A stretch of 64,000 bases of DNA from an uncultured virus (IMG/VR IMGVR_UViG_3300008108_000264) (lineage: Duplodnaviria > Heunggongvirae > Uroviricota > Caudoviricetes): the IMG/VR virus record IMGVR_UViG_3300008108_000264. One strand, written 5' to 3'. The translations under genes were made by a program, and so were the position numbers. The notes below the pieces were generated by a model. The model was not told the DNA's origin. It made no database searches and saw only the letters and a program-made list of their open reading frames with translations. Positions 1-10,843 of the stretch are shown here, one piece after another; within the stretch, counting starts at the first letter, position 1, and each line of letters opens with the position of its first letter.

Positions 1-256
1 TACCTTTAATAAAATCTAATTTCTCTTTAGCTTCTTCAGATGCAATATCTTCTAAAGGATCTTCGATTTTATAATTAGGAGTTTCACTTGTAATTGTTGC
101 AATATCTTGCTTAACTTCATCATAAGTTAAAGTTAAATTCTTGATAATCTCATCAATTTCATTTAACTCTTCAGTAGTAAGTTCAATTTGATTTAATGGA
201 ACAGGTTGTTCTTCTACTATTACAGGTTGGTTTTTTTTCTTAAACATATTAAACAT
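1..256 (-). CDS. Hypothetical protein, partial (runs off the window)
   Basis: ATG at 254-256 opens a frame MFNMFKKKNQPVIVEEQ... that stays open to the window edge. Confidence 0.6.
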   Translation of the reverse strand, partial: MFNMFKKKNQPVIVEEQPVPLNQIELTTEELNEIDEIIKNLTLTYDEVKQDIATITSETPNYKIEDPLEDIASEEAKEKLDFIKG

Positions 257-312
257 AAATTGAAATTTAAATTGGTTAAATAGAGGTAACAAAAATAGTA
301 TACATCAAAATA

Positions 313-1767
313 TTAGTAATTTTCTTTAATGTATTCTACATTATCATAAACTGTTTTAACTTCTTCAGAATAGTCAAAAGCTGCAGTAATCATTTCTTTT
401 ACAGATAGACCAAGACGCTCATTGTTAGTAAGCATTTTCTTAGGTTTAGCAAGCTCTTGATGTTTTCTTGATGTCTCTGCAGCAGATACAATCATTTCAG
501 GTTCAACAAAAGTTGCTTGTCTGTTAAGACGATACTCCTTAGCTTTCTGAATGATGTCATTAGCAAATGCTGGAACAATACCAGACAAAGCTTCAGCAGC
601 AGAAATATAATCAGAATCAGAGTTTAACAAAGATACACCATCTTTAGTCTTACAGAACTGATTAATAAATCTTAGTGCTGTTTTTTCATTCAAAGGATCC
701 ATAATGATACAAGTATCAATACGACCCGCACGCATCATAGTAGCATTAATATTCTCTAAGTGATTAGTAGTGAATACTGTGATAATTGCTTTATCTTTAG
801 TATCAATACCATCAAGAGTATTAAGAATAGCGTTTACAGAGTCTTTAGAACGATCTGTTACTACGCGGTCAATATCCTCTGCGAATACAACTGCAGGAGC
901 ATAGATCTCAGCGAGACGGAGAGCCTCTTTAGTTTGAGAAGAATCCTCAATGTAAATAAATGTCCAACCATTATCATTTGCAATTTTTGCTGTAAGTTTA
1001 GCAAGTAAAGTTTTACCAGTACCGTATTGTCCAGCAAGAACGCAACCATGCTTTAATGAAATACCTTCACGAATACAAGCAGCGCTATCTCTCAAACGAA
1101 GGAATATACCAGAATACTCATTAAGATTTCTCTCACTAAGGATTACAGTTTCTTCATCTATTTGTGATACATTCATGAATTCAGGATCAACAGGATTACC
1201 ACCTTTGATAAGGAACTCAAGATTAACCTTGAAAGATTTAGCTTTGTAAATAGAATTCAATCTCAAAAATTCTTGAGTACGAAGACATACTAAGTTTACA
1301 AGCTTCTCATTCTTCTTCTTGATTTCACCACGAATGATAAAAGAAAGATCCTTAGCATTGTAAGAAGTCTCAAGATACTCATGCTCTTCAAATCCAGGGA
1401 ATTGAATACGACCCCAAGGTACGTTTTTAATTTGACCATTTTGTAATTTAATACCGATCATTTGAGGTGGTTTAACTCCAGATGGACCTTTCTCACCAAC
1501 AGTATCAGCATAGCCAAATACTTCAGTACACACCTCAAATAGTGCATTAGCACCATCAAAAGGAAAAGCTTTCATTTCATGAAATATAGAAATTATTCTT
1601 TCTTCTTCATTCTTTTTACGCTCTAACCATTTGATACCCTCTTCAATAGTCATACCCTCAGGTAATTGAATTTTACCTCCTTTGATTCTTTCAACTTCTA
1701 CACTTGAGAATTTATCCTCTTGTTCAATAGCTTTTGTAAGTTTTTCGAGTAAAGATTTCTTAGCCAT
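313..1767 (-). CDS. AAA+ ATPase
   Basis: Walker A GQYGTGKT, Walker B-like VVFAEDID, sensor TTN, arginine-finger region MRAGRID. Confidence 0.85.
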   Translation of the reverse strand: MAKKSLLEKLTKAIEQEDKFSSVEVERIKGGKIQLPEGMTIEEGIKWLERKKNEEERIISIFHEMKAFPFDGANALFEVCTEVFGYADTVGEKGPSGVKPPQMIGIKLQNGQIKNVPWGRIQFPGFEEHEYLETSYNAKDLSFIIRGEIKKKNEKLVNLVCLRTQEFLRLNSIYKAKSFKVNLEFLIKGGNPVDPEFMNVSQIDEETVILSERNLNEYSGIFLRLRDSAACIREGISLKHGCVLAGQYGTGKTLLAKLTAKIANDNGWTFIYIEDSSQTKEALRLAEIYAPAVVFAEDIDRVVTDRSKDSVNAILNTLDGIDTKDKAIITVFTTNHLENINATMMRAGRIDTCIIMDPLNEKTALRFINQFCKTKDGVSLLNSDSDYISAAEALSGIVPAFANDIIQKAKEYRLNRQATFVEPEMIVSAAETSRKHQELAKPKKMLTNNERLGLSVKEMITAAFDYSEEVKTVYDNVEYIKENY

Positions 1768-1771
1768 AATT

Positions 1772-2077
1772 TTAATTTTGAAAATTGTTTTTAAATTGAT
1801 TTGAATATTCTATAGCAGTTTCATAAGTTTCGAAACCAGGTATAGTTAATTGATTATTATGAAGAAGAGTTTCACATTTTTTAACTGCATCTTCAAGTTG
1901 AGTTCTTGTACCTTCTAAACAAGCAATGTTAACTTTACTAGAGTCTAAGATACTATCTTTAATTTCTGATCTTTGATCTAAGAAACCAAAATAATTGATT
2001 TCTCTGTGATTGTATCGATTAAGAAAAGCACGAGCTTGTTTATAAGAGCCAATAACTCCTTTACACGCTACAAGCAT
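1772..2077 (-). CDS. Hypothetical protein
   Basis: 101-aa ORF packed in the minus-strand gene run; frame stays open about 22 codons further upstream. Confidence 0.6.
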   Translation of the reverse strand: MLVACKGVIGSYKQARAFLNRYNHREINYFGFLDQRSEIKDSILDSSKVNIACLEGTRTQLEDAVKKCETLLHNNQLTIPGFETYETAIEYSNQFKNNFQN

Positions 2078-2136
2078 GTCATCATTTGAAACTGTACAAA
2101 CAGCTTCTATTGGATACTCACCAAAAGTACCAACAA

Positions 2137-3093
2137 CTAATTTTTATTCCATTCTACAAAAGTTGATTTTAAAAATTCAGTTACTTTAAGTATTTGTACA
2201 TCTTCAATTATAGGACTAAATAAAAATTGCGAATTTTCAAGAAAAGTATAAATCTCTGAGGATTCTTCTACTATAAATTGACAATTATTGTGCAACGTAA
2301 AAGAATCATTCATAGATATTAATTCAAACATTCTTACTAGAGATTCATGTTCTAAAACTGATTGTAAATTAGATAAATACAACATTCCAGTTTTTATAAA
2401 AACAGTAAATACAATAGAACATAAAGATACTATAATTTTTAGTTCTTTATCTTCATCAATAGTAATAGATGTTGAAGTGTACGCAAATCTTACACTTAGT
2501 TCATTTTCATCATTAAAAAATATTTCATTAACATTATAACCTAAATATTTAAAAAAGTCAATAAGAAAAAGTTTGTAGGTTTCAAAATCTTTTATCATAT
2601 TGATACTTATATCAAAATATTTATCAACTTGTATTTGATTTAAACAATCAAATGTAAAAATATTATTGAAATAATCAGATAGTTTTTCTGGTATTTCTGG
2701 TACAAATTTACCAGAATTTTTTGTTCTGATATTTATATCATTTAATATTTCTTTTACTATTCCATTTTCATTAAAGATTAAATGGTAATTTACAAGTTCA
2801 TAATTACTTTTTTCACTGTCATAATAATAAAACTCAATGTTAATTTTTGAATTGTTATTAGGACAATGAACTGATTTACAAATATCTGGAAAATATTCCG
2901 TATTCATATAACTTAATAATACAAAAGAAAGTAGTATACCAGTAGCTTTTAAATCGTTTTCTGAAGTTACTAGCATCATATTATAAAGATTTTCATTATT
3001 AAGCTTTGTTGTAGTTTTTTTATTGACTTTAGCGTCAAAATGCATTTGAAAACTTAAATATGCTATGTTAGCAACTTTTATACTTTTTATCAT
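2137..3093 (-). CDS. Hypothetical protein
   Basis: 318-aa ORF overlapping the helicase stop; no intact motif recognised. Confidence 0.6.
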   Translation of the reverse strand: MIKSIKVANIAYLSFQMHFDAKVNKKTTTKLNNENLYNMMLVTSENDLKATGILLSFVLLSYMNTEYFPDICKSVHCPNNNSKINIEFYYYDSEKSNYELVNYHLIFNENGIVKEILNDINIRTKNSGKFVPEIPEKLSDYFNNIFTFDCLNQIQVDKYFDISINMIKDFETYKLFLIDFFKYLGYNVNEIFFNDENELSVRFAYTSTSITIDEDKELKIIVSLCSIVFTVFIKTGMLYLSNLQSVLEHESLVRMFELISMNDSFTLHNNCQFIVEESSEIYTFLENSQFLFSPIIEDVQILKVTEFLKSTFVEWNKN

Positions 3094-4538
3094 ACTAATA
3101 TACTTACATGAGTTTGAGCTCTAGTTACAGCAGTATATAAACTTTGTAATTTCTCTTTACGTGTTATTGGTTTTACATTAAGAATATCTCTAAAATTTAC
3201 AAATACTTTATTATAAGTATCTCCTTGTACTACATAGGTATTAACTACATAAGCAGGATCAAAAGGAATAAAGAAGTCATCTATTTGAAAATAGTCTTTC
3301 CAATCTTCTTTAACTTTTTGACATCTATTGTAGATTAAACCTTTAAAGTAATTAAATTTTTTATTAAAAGAATTATCAATTACTGGAATTTTAAATTCTA
3401 AAGGATTACCTTGAATATCAGCTAGTGATAAGTAGTAACCATCAATAAAAACAACGGTTGAGTTTTTAAATTTTTCATTAATATATCTTTCAGAATCATT
3501 TTCAGACATTTCAAAACAAGTGATTAATTTACCTTCTTTTGTACAAACAAATACGAATTTTGTGTATTCTTTTTTAAGAATGGTATATAAAGAGTTGTTT
3601 TGAATTATTAAAATATTATCTAAAAAATAAGAAGCTTTAGCTACTATCTTTTCACCAATAGTGTAAGGCTTATCTGTATTTAATATTTGCTTTTTAAAAT
3701 ATAAATTATCATTGTAAGCTGTTTCGTTTTTATAACAAACAACTACACAATTTTTAAGAGTATCTGATGATTTAAAACAATTAATTGCTTGTTCTTTAAA
3801 GTCATCTTCATTTCTATAAAATTTATAAGAATCAGATTCTTTGTTTACAAAGTTTAGAAGAAACTTAAAATCACACTCTCCAGTGTCATTAAATTTATCT
3901 ATTTCTAAAGCAATTGCATTTGCTAGATCTTCTAATTCACCTTCATATCTAAAAGGAATATTAAGATTAACATGTGGTATATCAAATGTCAAAGAATCTT
4001 TATTTGTATTCTTTTGATCATCTTCAATAGGTGGAGTTTGATGTGAATCTCCTAAGTAAATAATTATAGCATCAGTTTTCTTGTATAAATCAATTAAACT
4101 TTTAGTCTTTTTATTTATTTGACTACATTCATCTATAATTATTATATCAGCATACTTAATAGGAGGTGTAACTTTCTTAGTTTTACCATTAATTATTTTA
4201 TAAGAATCATCAGGTAAAAAATCAATATCTCCAGTTAAAGGGTCAATAACCTTCTTTAACTGTAACATTGAAGCCACAGTCATTACTTCTATTTCATTAC
4301 CTAAAGTTTTCTTTAAAACATTTTTAGCAGAATGAGAAATAGCTGCACCTATAATTATTAAATTCTTTTTATCTAAATCAGACTTAATAAGATCCGTTAG
4401 TTTCTTGGCTGAATAAGTTTTACCTACTCCAGCTTTACCAAAAAAACCTACTTCTTTATTACCTTCTTTATATAAATCAAATAATTGTTCTATTTTCTTT
4501 TGCTGATCTTCTTGAGCTTTTAGTTGTTGATCAGTCAT
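3090..4538 (-). CDS. SF1 (Dda/RecD-like) DNA helicase
   Basis: GKAGVGKT, IIIDECSQ, LGDSHQTPP, QGDTY and YTAVTRA motifs. Confidence 0.88.
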   Translation of the reverse strand: MTDQQLKAQEDQQKKIEQLFDLYKEGNKEVGFFGKAGVGKTYSAKKLTDLIKSDLDKKNLIIIGAAISHSAKNVLKKTLGNEIEVMTVASMLQLKKVIDPLTGDIDFLPDDSYKIINGKTKKVTPPIKYADIIIIDECSQINKKTKSLIDLYKKTDAIIIYLGDSHQTPPIEDDQKNTNKDSLTFDIPHVNLNIPFRYEGELEDLANAIALEIDKFNDTGECDFKFLLNFVNKESDSYKFYRNEDDFKEQAINCFKSSDTLKNCVVVCYKNETAYNDNLYFKKQILNTDKPYTIGEKIVAKASYFLDNILIIQNNSLYTILKKEYTKFVFVCTKEGKLITCFEMSENDSERYINEKFKNSTVVFIDGYYLSLADIQGNPLEFKIPVIDNSFNKKFNYFKGLIYNRCQKVKEDWKDYFQIDDFFIPFDPAYVVNTYVVQGDTYNKVFVNFRDILNVKPITRKEKLQSLYTAVTRAQTHVSILV

Positions 4539-4544
4539 AATAAA

Positions 4545-4808
4545 TTAATCTGATATTAATTTGCTATCATAAGTTTTAGCAATCTCGTAATCTTTATCTC
4601 CTGATAGAGGATGGACATTAATTACTCTTTTTTCTACAATAATAGTTTTACCGTCTAGATCTTTTCCTTCTTTTACTATTGTAATTCTTCTATTAATAGA
4701 TGAACTAAAAATGTTACTTTCACCAGTTACCATTTTTCTATAAGTATAATCAAGATCATTAAATCTTTTTTGAGATTTCATCATATTTTTGTAACTATTT
4801 TTTGACAT
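4545..4808 (-). CDS. Hypothetical protein
   Basis: 87-aa ORF tightly packed in the gene run. Confidence 0.6.
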   Translation of the reverse strand: MSKNSYKNMMKSQKRFNDLDYTYRKMVTGESNIFSSSINRRITIVKEGKDLDGKTIIVEKRVINVHPLSGDKDYEIAKTYDSKLISD

Positions 4809-4809
4809 A

Positions 4810-5622
4810 TTACATTGTTTTTAAAATTATATAATGATCTCCTTTCTTGTTTTTAAATTGAAGACCTTTACCTTTAATCCTTATTTTTTGATTATTTTTA
4901 ATTTTATCAGGAAGTTTTACATCAACTTTCCCATCTACAGTTTCAACTCTCACTGTAGAGTTAGCATCAGTACTATATAATTTTAGTTCTGAGATTACTG
5001 CAGGTTGATCGTTTTCAACTTTTTCAATCCAAAACTCTTCTCCTTTTTTATAAATAGGTTTTATTATTAAATTACCCATTGGAAGATTTTTTATTAAATC
5101 TCCAAAAGTATAATAAACTAAATTACCATCTTCATTCATTACGTCTGCTGTAATATTAACCTCAATCATTACATCTTGATATAATACTCCAATATTACCA
5201 CAATTAGAACATCCTTGGTTTTTACACTCTTCACAGGATATCCTTCTTGTATACATTACCATTGTTTTAAAAGTATCATTAATTTGTTGAACTGTCAGTT
5301 CCATATCTATTACAATATCAACTGAAGGTCTTCTTTTCATCCTTTTCTTTACGTTAAAAGTATTAATACTTTCTATAAATTCATCTGAATCGTAATAAGG
5401 ACGTGGTGCATTTAAATACTTTACATACTCCTCTTGATGTTTTTTTATATAATCATGAGCAGAATTAATTTTTTTAAATGTCTCTTCATCTCCACCTTTC
5501 TTGTCTGGATGATGTTCAATTGCGAGTTGTTTAAAAGTAGATTTTAATTTTTCATCATTTAAAGAATCTACAAGACTTAGTTTAAGAATTTTACAAGATT
5601 CTTCATAGGTTTTAAGAAACAT
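4810..5622 (-). CDS. dnaJ: DnaJ-like co-chaperone
   Basis: J-domain HPD motif (HHPDKKGGDEETFKKINSAHD), partial Zn motif CEECKNQGCSNCGNIG, C-terminal RIKGKGL..GDHYI. Confidence 0.85.
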   Translation of the reverse strand: MFLKTYEESCKILKLSLVDSLNDEKLKSTFKQLAIEHHPDKKGGDEETFKKINSAHDYIKKHQEEYVKYLNAPRPYYDSDEFIESINTFNVKKRMKRRPSVDIVIDMELTVQQINDTFKTMVMYTRRISCEECKNQGCSNCGNIGVLYQDVMIEVNITADVMNEDGNLVYYTFGDLIKNLPMGNLIIKPIYKKGEEFWIEKVENDQPAVISELKLYSTDANSTVRVETVDGKVDVKLPDKIKNNQKIRIKGKGLQFKNKKGDHYIILKTM

Positions 5623-6010
5623 TTTTTTCTTTTTTAATTAATTTTATAATTATAGGATTCATTTCCAATCTAATAATAAAACCAACTATAGAAGCTATAG
5701 TGTTTGGAGTTTCTAAACTATCAGTAATTGGCATAAATCTATTTTCAAAACTTTCATAATAATTAGCTTTTTCACTTGTCGTAATATAACAATCAGGATC
5801 TACTTCAAACCTTCCTAAATTTGGAACAAATATCTCAGGATGAGTAGAATTCCAAAAAGAATTATTTTTTCGATAGTAATTATATACTCCTGATTTAGGA
5901 AATATTTCATTAGCAAACAATCTAATTAAACCTATAACATTATTATAAGCATCTACTTTATAAGCAATACAATCTCTAATTATTTTTATATAACCGTGAG
6001 TATTATTCAT
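5612..6010 (-). CDS. Hypothetical protein
   Basis: ORF; start more likely ATG 6010 (MNNTHG), because the upstream ATG lies inside a T-loop hairpin. Confidence 0.55.
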   Translation of the reverse strand: MNNTHGYIKIIRDCIAYKVDAYNNVIGLIRLFANEIFPKSGVYNYYRKNNSFWNSTHPEIFVPNLGRFEVDPDCYITTSEKANYYESFENRFMPITDSLETPNTIASIVGFIIRLEMNPIIIKLIKKEKNVS

Positions 6011-6024
6011 TATCTTATTGTTTT

Positions 6025-6098
6025 GAGCGATGGAGAGATTCGAACTCTCCATACTCCCTATGAGTATCGCTATAGAAGATTACAGAGCTCCATAGCTC
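6025..6098 (-). ncRNA. tRNA-like T-loop element at the 3' end of the aaRS-like gene
   Basis: TGGAGAG-TTCGAAT-CTCTCCA T-arm, TACTC-ATAGG-GAGTA hairpin, closing stem AGCGA/TCGCT. Confidence 0.5.
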
Positions 6099-6915
6099 TA
6101 ATTAATCTTGTAATTCCAACTCCAGCACCAACTCTTGGAAAGAATTTGTTGCTAAGAAATTCATTTAATTCATTTATTACTCTTTCATATCCAAATAAGT
6201 CAAATAGCTTTTCAGCATATTTACCATCTTCAATATTAAAGAATGTATCTCTCATTTGTTCAACATTACAAGAACGTTCAGCTGAACCAATAGTTTCTTG
6301 ACCACAAAGAATAACATCTATTTTTTTAGAGTTACCGTTATTGTATCTTTTCATATTCCAGAATGGATTAGTTCTTTCTGGGAAGTTCATTATAAATAAA
6401 GCATTTGAAATAGTTTCACCTAGCTCGTTTTCTAATTCAGAATTAATAATATCTACATCATAAGTTTGACATATATCTTCATAATTCATCATTTTATAAT
6501 CATCAAATCCTAAGAAATCAAGTAATTCAGTTTCAACTAAATGAAGATCTGTCATATCACCTGGAAACTCAAATTCAAACATTGGAAAGATCATACAATG
6601 ACGACCTTCTATTGGATTCTTTTCTGCTCTGTATGAGGTACTGAGACAATAAAAACCTGGTACTTCAGGATTGTTTAATAATTCGTGTTCAAGCCACATT
6701 TGACCAGTTTGAGGTAATGGCCATACCTTACCCGCATAATCGTATGTACGAACATTAAACGGGTCTTCACAAGCTGCAAGAATAGATAATCTATTCTGAG
6801 TGTGTACTTCTAAAAATCCTTTTTCATCAAAGAATTGTCTTAATTTTTTTACAACTTTTGTAAATTTATCAGCATCAATATGCGGATAAAAAGAAGAGTG
6901 TAATGAGTGCTTCAT
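6070..6915 (-). CDS. Class IIb aminoacyl-tRNA synthetase-like protein (Asn/Asp-RS catalytic domain only)
   Basis: LPQTGQMWLE, motif 2 SYRAEK..GRH..FPMFEFE, ETIGSAER, motif 3 GAGVGITRL; no N-terminal anticodon-binding OB domain. Confidence 0.8.
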   Translation of the reverse strand: MKHSLHSSFYPHIDADKFTKVVKKLRQFFDEKGFLEVHTQNRLSILAACEDPFNVRTYDYAGKVWPLPQTGQMWLEHELLNNPEVPGFYCLSTSYRAEKNPIEGRHCMIFPMFEFEFPGDMTDLHLVETELLDFLGFDDYKMMNYEDICQTYDVDIINSELENELGETISNALFIMNFPERTNPFWNMKRYNNGNSKKIDVILCGQETIGSAERSCNVEQMRDTFFNIEDGKYAEKLFDLFGYERVINELNEFLSNKFFPRVGAGVGITRLIRAMELCNLL

Positions 6916-6973
6916 TCAAATAATTTTAATCATTAACAATTTTAAATCTCTTTAATTAATCTTTTCGATTATG

Positions 6974-6981
6974 CAAAGTTA
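6974..6981 (-). promoter_or_regulatory. Bacteroidota-type -7 promoter box TAnnTTTG
   Basis: TAACTTTG(CA), intergenic, about 60 bp upstream of the aaRS-like gene. Confidence 0.5.
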
Positions 6982-6997
6982 AGAAATTAATAAATAA

Positions 6998-7666
6998 TTA
7001 TAGTAACAATTTATCAGTTTCCCAAGCTTTTAACGTGTGTTCGAAGGGGTTACCTTCTATTTCTGAAACTAATTTTAGCATCTCTTGTGCTATCTCTCTA
7101 ATTTCAAGTTGAGCATGTTCTGAATTTCTAAGTTTAAGAAAGTTAGCAAAACTTCTCATATTAAACGATACATCAGATTGTATCTGAGAGTTATACGTTT
7201 TAAAATATCTTGCTGATTCTTTTGCTCTTTTTCTACCAAGTATAGGAGTTAATTGCTCAAGACATTGATGGTAAAGTTTATTACCTTGTTTTGTATATTT
7301 TTCCAAAATTAATTGCCAATCTTCACCTATCAAAGGATCTAATTCACTATCTCCAGCATTACTCCAATCTTGAGGAATATAAAACTTATCTTCTTTTAAC
7401 TCTTTATATCTTGCACTTTCTGCATTAAGACTTGAGATTCTATGCTTTAATAAATGTATATGTGATGCAATATCACAATCAACAAGAAAATGAACTATAC
7501 CTTTTTCAAAAGGTGTTTCATGTCCTTCTGACCAAAGCATATTTATTAGTTTAGGAATTCTATCTTTTTTATCTTCTGTTAGTTCTCTTGATGTAGATGT
7601 CCAAGCTGAACATGCTATTATTTCATCAGAACCGTAATGTCCAATTAATTCTACTTTATTTTTCAT
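6998..7666 (-). CDS. thyX: Flavin-dependent thymidylate synthase
   Basis: GHETPFE, variant ThyX motif KHR..SLNAESARY, NFLKLRNSEHAQLEIR; start likely MKNKVEL. Confidence 0.9.
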   Translation of the reverse strand: MKNKVELIGHYGSDEIIACSAWTSTSRELTEDKKDRIPKLINMLWSEGHETPFEKGIVHFLVDCDIASHIHLLKHRISSLNAESARYKELKEDKFYIPQDWSNAGDSELDPLIGEDWQLILEKYTKQGNKLYHQCLEQLTPILGRKRAKESARYFKTYNSQIQSDVSFNMRSFANFLKLRNSEHAQLEIREIAQEMLKLVSEIEGNPFEHTLKAWETDKLLL

Positions 7667-7667
7667 A

Positions 7668-9237
7668 CTAAATAAATATTTTCTTTTTAACAATAATGGG
7701 AAATACTTCTACCATTACCGTGTGATATTGAAGAGGATCCACTTTATGATTAACAAATAATTTATTAACTTTAAATATAATATTCTTTGGATCTATACCA
7801 TGATTTATATATCTCATGTAAAACTTATTATCCTTTTTAAAGATACCTCCAGCACTAAACAAACCATCGTATTCACTTTGATCAATAATTTGTTCAAAGT
7901 TTTTTTGTTCGTTATTACATAAAAAAATGACTTCCCGAAGGAAGCCATTCTCATCTTTTTCTTGTTTAATTAACATTATATAAATATGTAATTTTCTATA
8001 AAAACTTTTTCGTTTTTTATTTCATTTAAATAATCATCAAAATGTTCTTTGTAATAATTCATTTTAGAATCTAATTCTGTTGAATTAATTACAATTTCTC
8101 TAGAGCTAAGAGCATCAGATCTATTTAAAATGATGATCATCATTTCTTTTTTTGAGTTTTCAAAATCAAATAAGAACTGATCTTTTATTGTATAATCTTC
8201 ATCTTCTAATTCAAATTCGTCATCATCAACATTATACTTTCTTTTAATGTGTTCTGATAAGCATTTACTACATTCAGATTCAAAATCTTTATTAATATTA
8301 ATTTCTTTATTAAGATGTTTACACCACATACTTAAATACGTTTGTTTTCATTATCATTATTATATTTGTCTTTAAGTTCATCTCTGCAGATATGGCAAAC
8401 TATAGAATCAATGCACATAAAATTTACCACAAACCATCTTGCTAGATGAGAACAATATTTACCAATCTTGGTTTTATGTTGTCTAGTTTTCATTATAACT
8501 GTAAAATTCTTCTTCTTTATCAATAGCTGGATATATTTCTATATTATCCAAATCTAGAATAGGCTTTTTAAAAGCTTTCTTTATTTCTTTAAATTCATCA
8601 TCTAAAACTTCTTCAGAATAGATTTCTTTTAAAATACCTTCTTCTGACCAACCTACAATATTATTTTCATTGTCATAATAAACTTCTGCAATAAAATACT
8701 TTGTAGTTTCAATATCAAAATCATCAACTTCTTTTTGTTTACATCTTCTGTAATTCCAATAACCTATCATAACTTATATTGTTATTTTAAAGAATACGGC
8801 TGTTTTTCTATAAAAGTTAAATGTTTGTATGGATCAAAAATATTGTAAAGTCTATAACCTTTATCGTCAGAATGAAAACCAGCAAAACCTAAATCATATA
8901 AGATTTCCATTACAAACTTTTCTTCAATAAGTATAGCATTATCTACACCTTTTAACTGAGTTAAATAATCTTTTATATTATACTCACGATCATTTATATG
9001 AAAATACATAGGTAATCCAGTAGATAATATGAATTGATGCATATTATTCCAAGGATTAAACATCTTTTTCTTATCAGTAAATATTGAGTATTTGCCTATA
9101 TAAGGATCAGTTAAAGTTTCTTTTGGTGAAAAATCTATAAAATCTTCCATGTATCTTTTGTTTTTAGAAAGACTAACTAGTAGTAATTCACTTTCTATTG
9201 CTTCATTTCCATCAGGTAAAGCTAAATAACCTATCAT
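7668..9237 (-). CDS. Run of small hypothetical ORFs (7668-7976, 7976-8329, 8483-8770, 8782-9237)
   Basis: Closely spaced minus-strand ORFs; 8483-8770 shares a (W/F)N(Y/F)R...EVYY domain with 23087-23581. Confidence 0.55.
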
Positions 9238-9299
9238 TTTTATTGTTTTAAATTGTTAAAAATCCAACAATTTAATAAAATAATTATTAATACTAACAG

Positions 9300-9587
9300 T
9301 TATATTTCAACTTTAGCATATATTTTTTTAGTCCAACCAATCATAAAATTTTTACCATCGTTAATTTGTACTCCTCTTGCTGCATTCTTTTTTGATACAA
9401 CCCCATATTTATAAGATTTATCAGACTTATATAGTACCATATCACCTTCTGCTGCAGTTTCTAAACTACAAGGTACTAATTTAATCTTTTGATTAAGTCT
9501 TATTCTAGGTTCAAGAGTGTTATTCGTTATCTTTACAAAAACTTCGTTATTAGTTTGCAATTCTTTTATAATATCTTCTTTATTCAT
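9300..9587 (-). CDS. S24/S26 peptidase-like protein, probably inactive
   Basis: NNTLEPRI resembles GNSMxP without the Ser; GDMVLYK. Confidence 0.4.
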   Translation of the reverse strand: MNKEDIIKELQTNNEVFVKITNNTLEPRIRLNQKIKLVPCSLETAAEGDMVLYKSDKSYKYGVVSKKNAARGVQINDGKNFMIGWTKKIYAKVEI

Positions 9588-9598
9588 ATCTATAAAAT

Positions 9599-9635
9599 AA
9601 AAAGCAGCTAAAGCTTTTACACTTTAACTGCTTTT
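9599..9635 (-). terminator. Intrinsic terminator-like hairpin
   Basis: AAAAGCAGTTAAAG/CTTTAGCTGCTTTT inverted repeat with T tract. Confidence 0.55.
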
Positions 9636-9641
9636 AGTTAA

Positions 9642-10841
9642 TTAGAATGTATTTTTTTTACTTTTAAACTTATGTTCAAACACAAAGTTTACATCATTTC
9701 TACATGATACTTTAATTAAATCGTGATTGTTAAAATCAATGCTTTCAATAATCATATCACTATCCTCATGACTTTCATAATTAAGGATTAGTGAACAACT
9801 TGAATAATTATTGCTACTAGCATAATTGTAATCATCTAGTGTCATCAATTGATTATCCATAACATAGGTTTTAACTTGTTCTCTATCTTCTCTGCTCAAA
9901 TCACCAAAATATCCGTGCTTAAATATTTTTGCTGTTGCTAAATTTAAAACACGCATTAAAGAACTATGTTGAGTACGGAATATATCTATATATAATTGAT
10001 CATCATGTAAATTAGTATAAACTTCATTACATTTATATAATGAATCGCCAAATTTCTCATGCGTTACATAATGTGAAGCCTCAGAAGAAACGTTAAGATG
10101 TTTTACAACTGACTTAGCGTCTTCTTCAAATAAATTCATATCTTTAATAATAGTAATAAGTATATCAAATGTTACAATACCTAATTTTTTAAGTTGTTTA
10201 AGTAAATCATCCCTATTATCTTTATTGATGAGTAAATCATCAATTACCTCATTAATAGTATTTAGTTCTAAATTCTCATAATGTTTTCTGTATTTAATTC
10301 TACCTGGTCTGTTAATCATAAAATCACTTACGAGATTAACATCGTTAACTGTAACTAGAAATACTAGCTTAGTAGTTAAATTACCATCGAATAATGATAA
10401 GAGATCAATAGGCATTTTATCCTTAGGATAAATCTTTTCGAACTCATCAATAAATACAATACATTCTTCAAATACAGGACTAGATAAAAATTCTATAAAG
10501 TTTGATCCGTAAAAAGCTTCTGTTAATATTAAAACAGGCTTCTTAGAGTCTACACAAAACTTTTGAGCAAGAATTGTTTTACCTGAACCCTTAAGACCAC
10601 TTAAGAGTATACCTAAATTCTTATGTGAATTTTGTTCATAAGATTTTAACCATCTTTCAGTTATAGACACATCACCATACACTTTGGACGGTAATTTAAA
10701 ACCAGTTGTTTCTACAAGATAGAATTCATTATTTCTATCCTGTTTAATCAAATAATTTTTAGGTCCAACATTACTGAGTTTGTCACCTATACCTGATACG
10801 GAACCAATTCTTATTTGGCCATCACCTAATTTGTAAAGCAT
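9642..10841 (-). CDS. AAA ATPase
   Basis: GLKGSGKT, VFIDEFEK, NRPGRIKY. Confidence 0.85.
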   Translation of the reverse strand: MLYKLGDGQIRIGSVSGIGDKLSNVGPKNYLIKQDRNNEFYLVETTGFKLPSKVYGDVSITERWLKSYEQNSHKNLGILLSGLKGSGKTILAQKFCVDSKKPVLILTEAFYGSNFIEFLSSPVFEECIVFIDEFEKIYPKDKMPIDLLSLFDGNLTTKLVFLVTVNDVNLVSDFMINRPGRIKYRKHYENLELNTINEVIDDLLINKDNRDDLLKQLKKLGIVTFDILITIIKDMNLFEEDAKSVVKHLNVSSEASHYVTHEKFGDSLYKCNEVYTNLHDDQLYIDIFRTQHSSLMRVLNLATAKIFKHGYFGDLSREDREQVKTYVMDNQLMTLDDYNYASSNNYSSCSLILNYESHEDSDMIIESIDFNNHDLIKVSCRNDVNFVFEHKFKSKKNTF

Positions 10842-10843
10842 TT

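Noticed and set aside
2078..2152. ATG-GAA-TAA in frame upstream of ORF 1772-2077, read as a read-through signal
   Set aside because: A single case overlapping the previous gene's end; a point error or alternative start cannot be excluded
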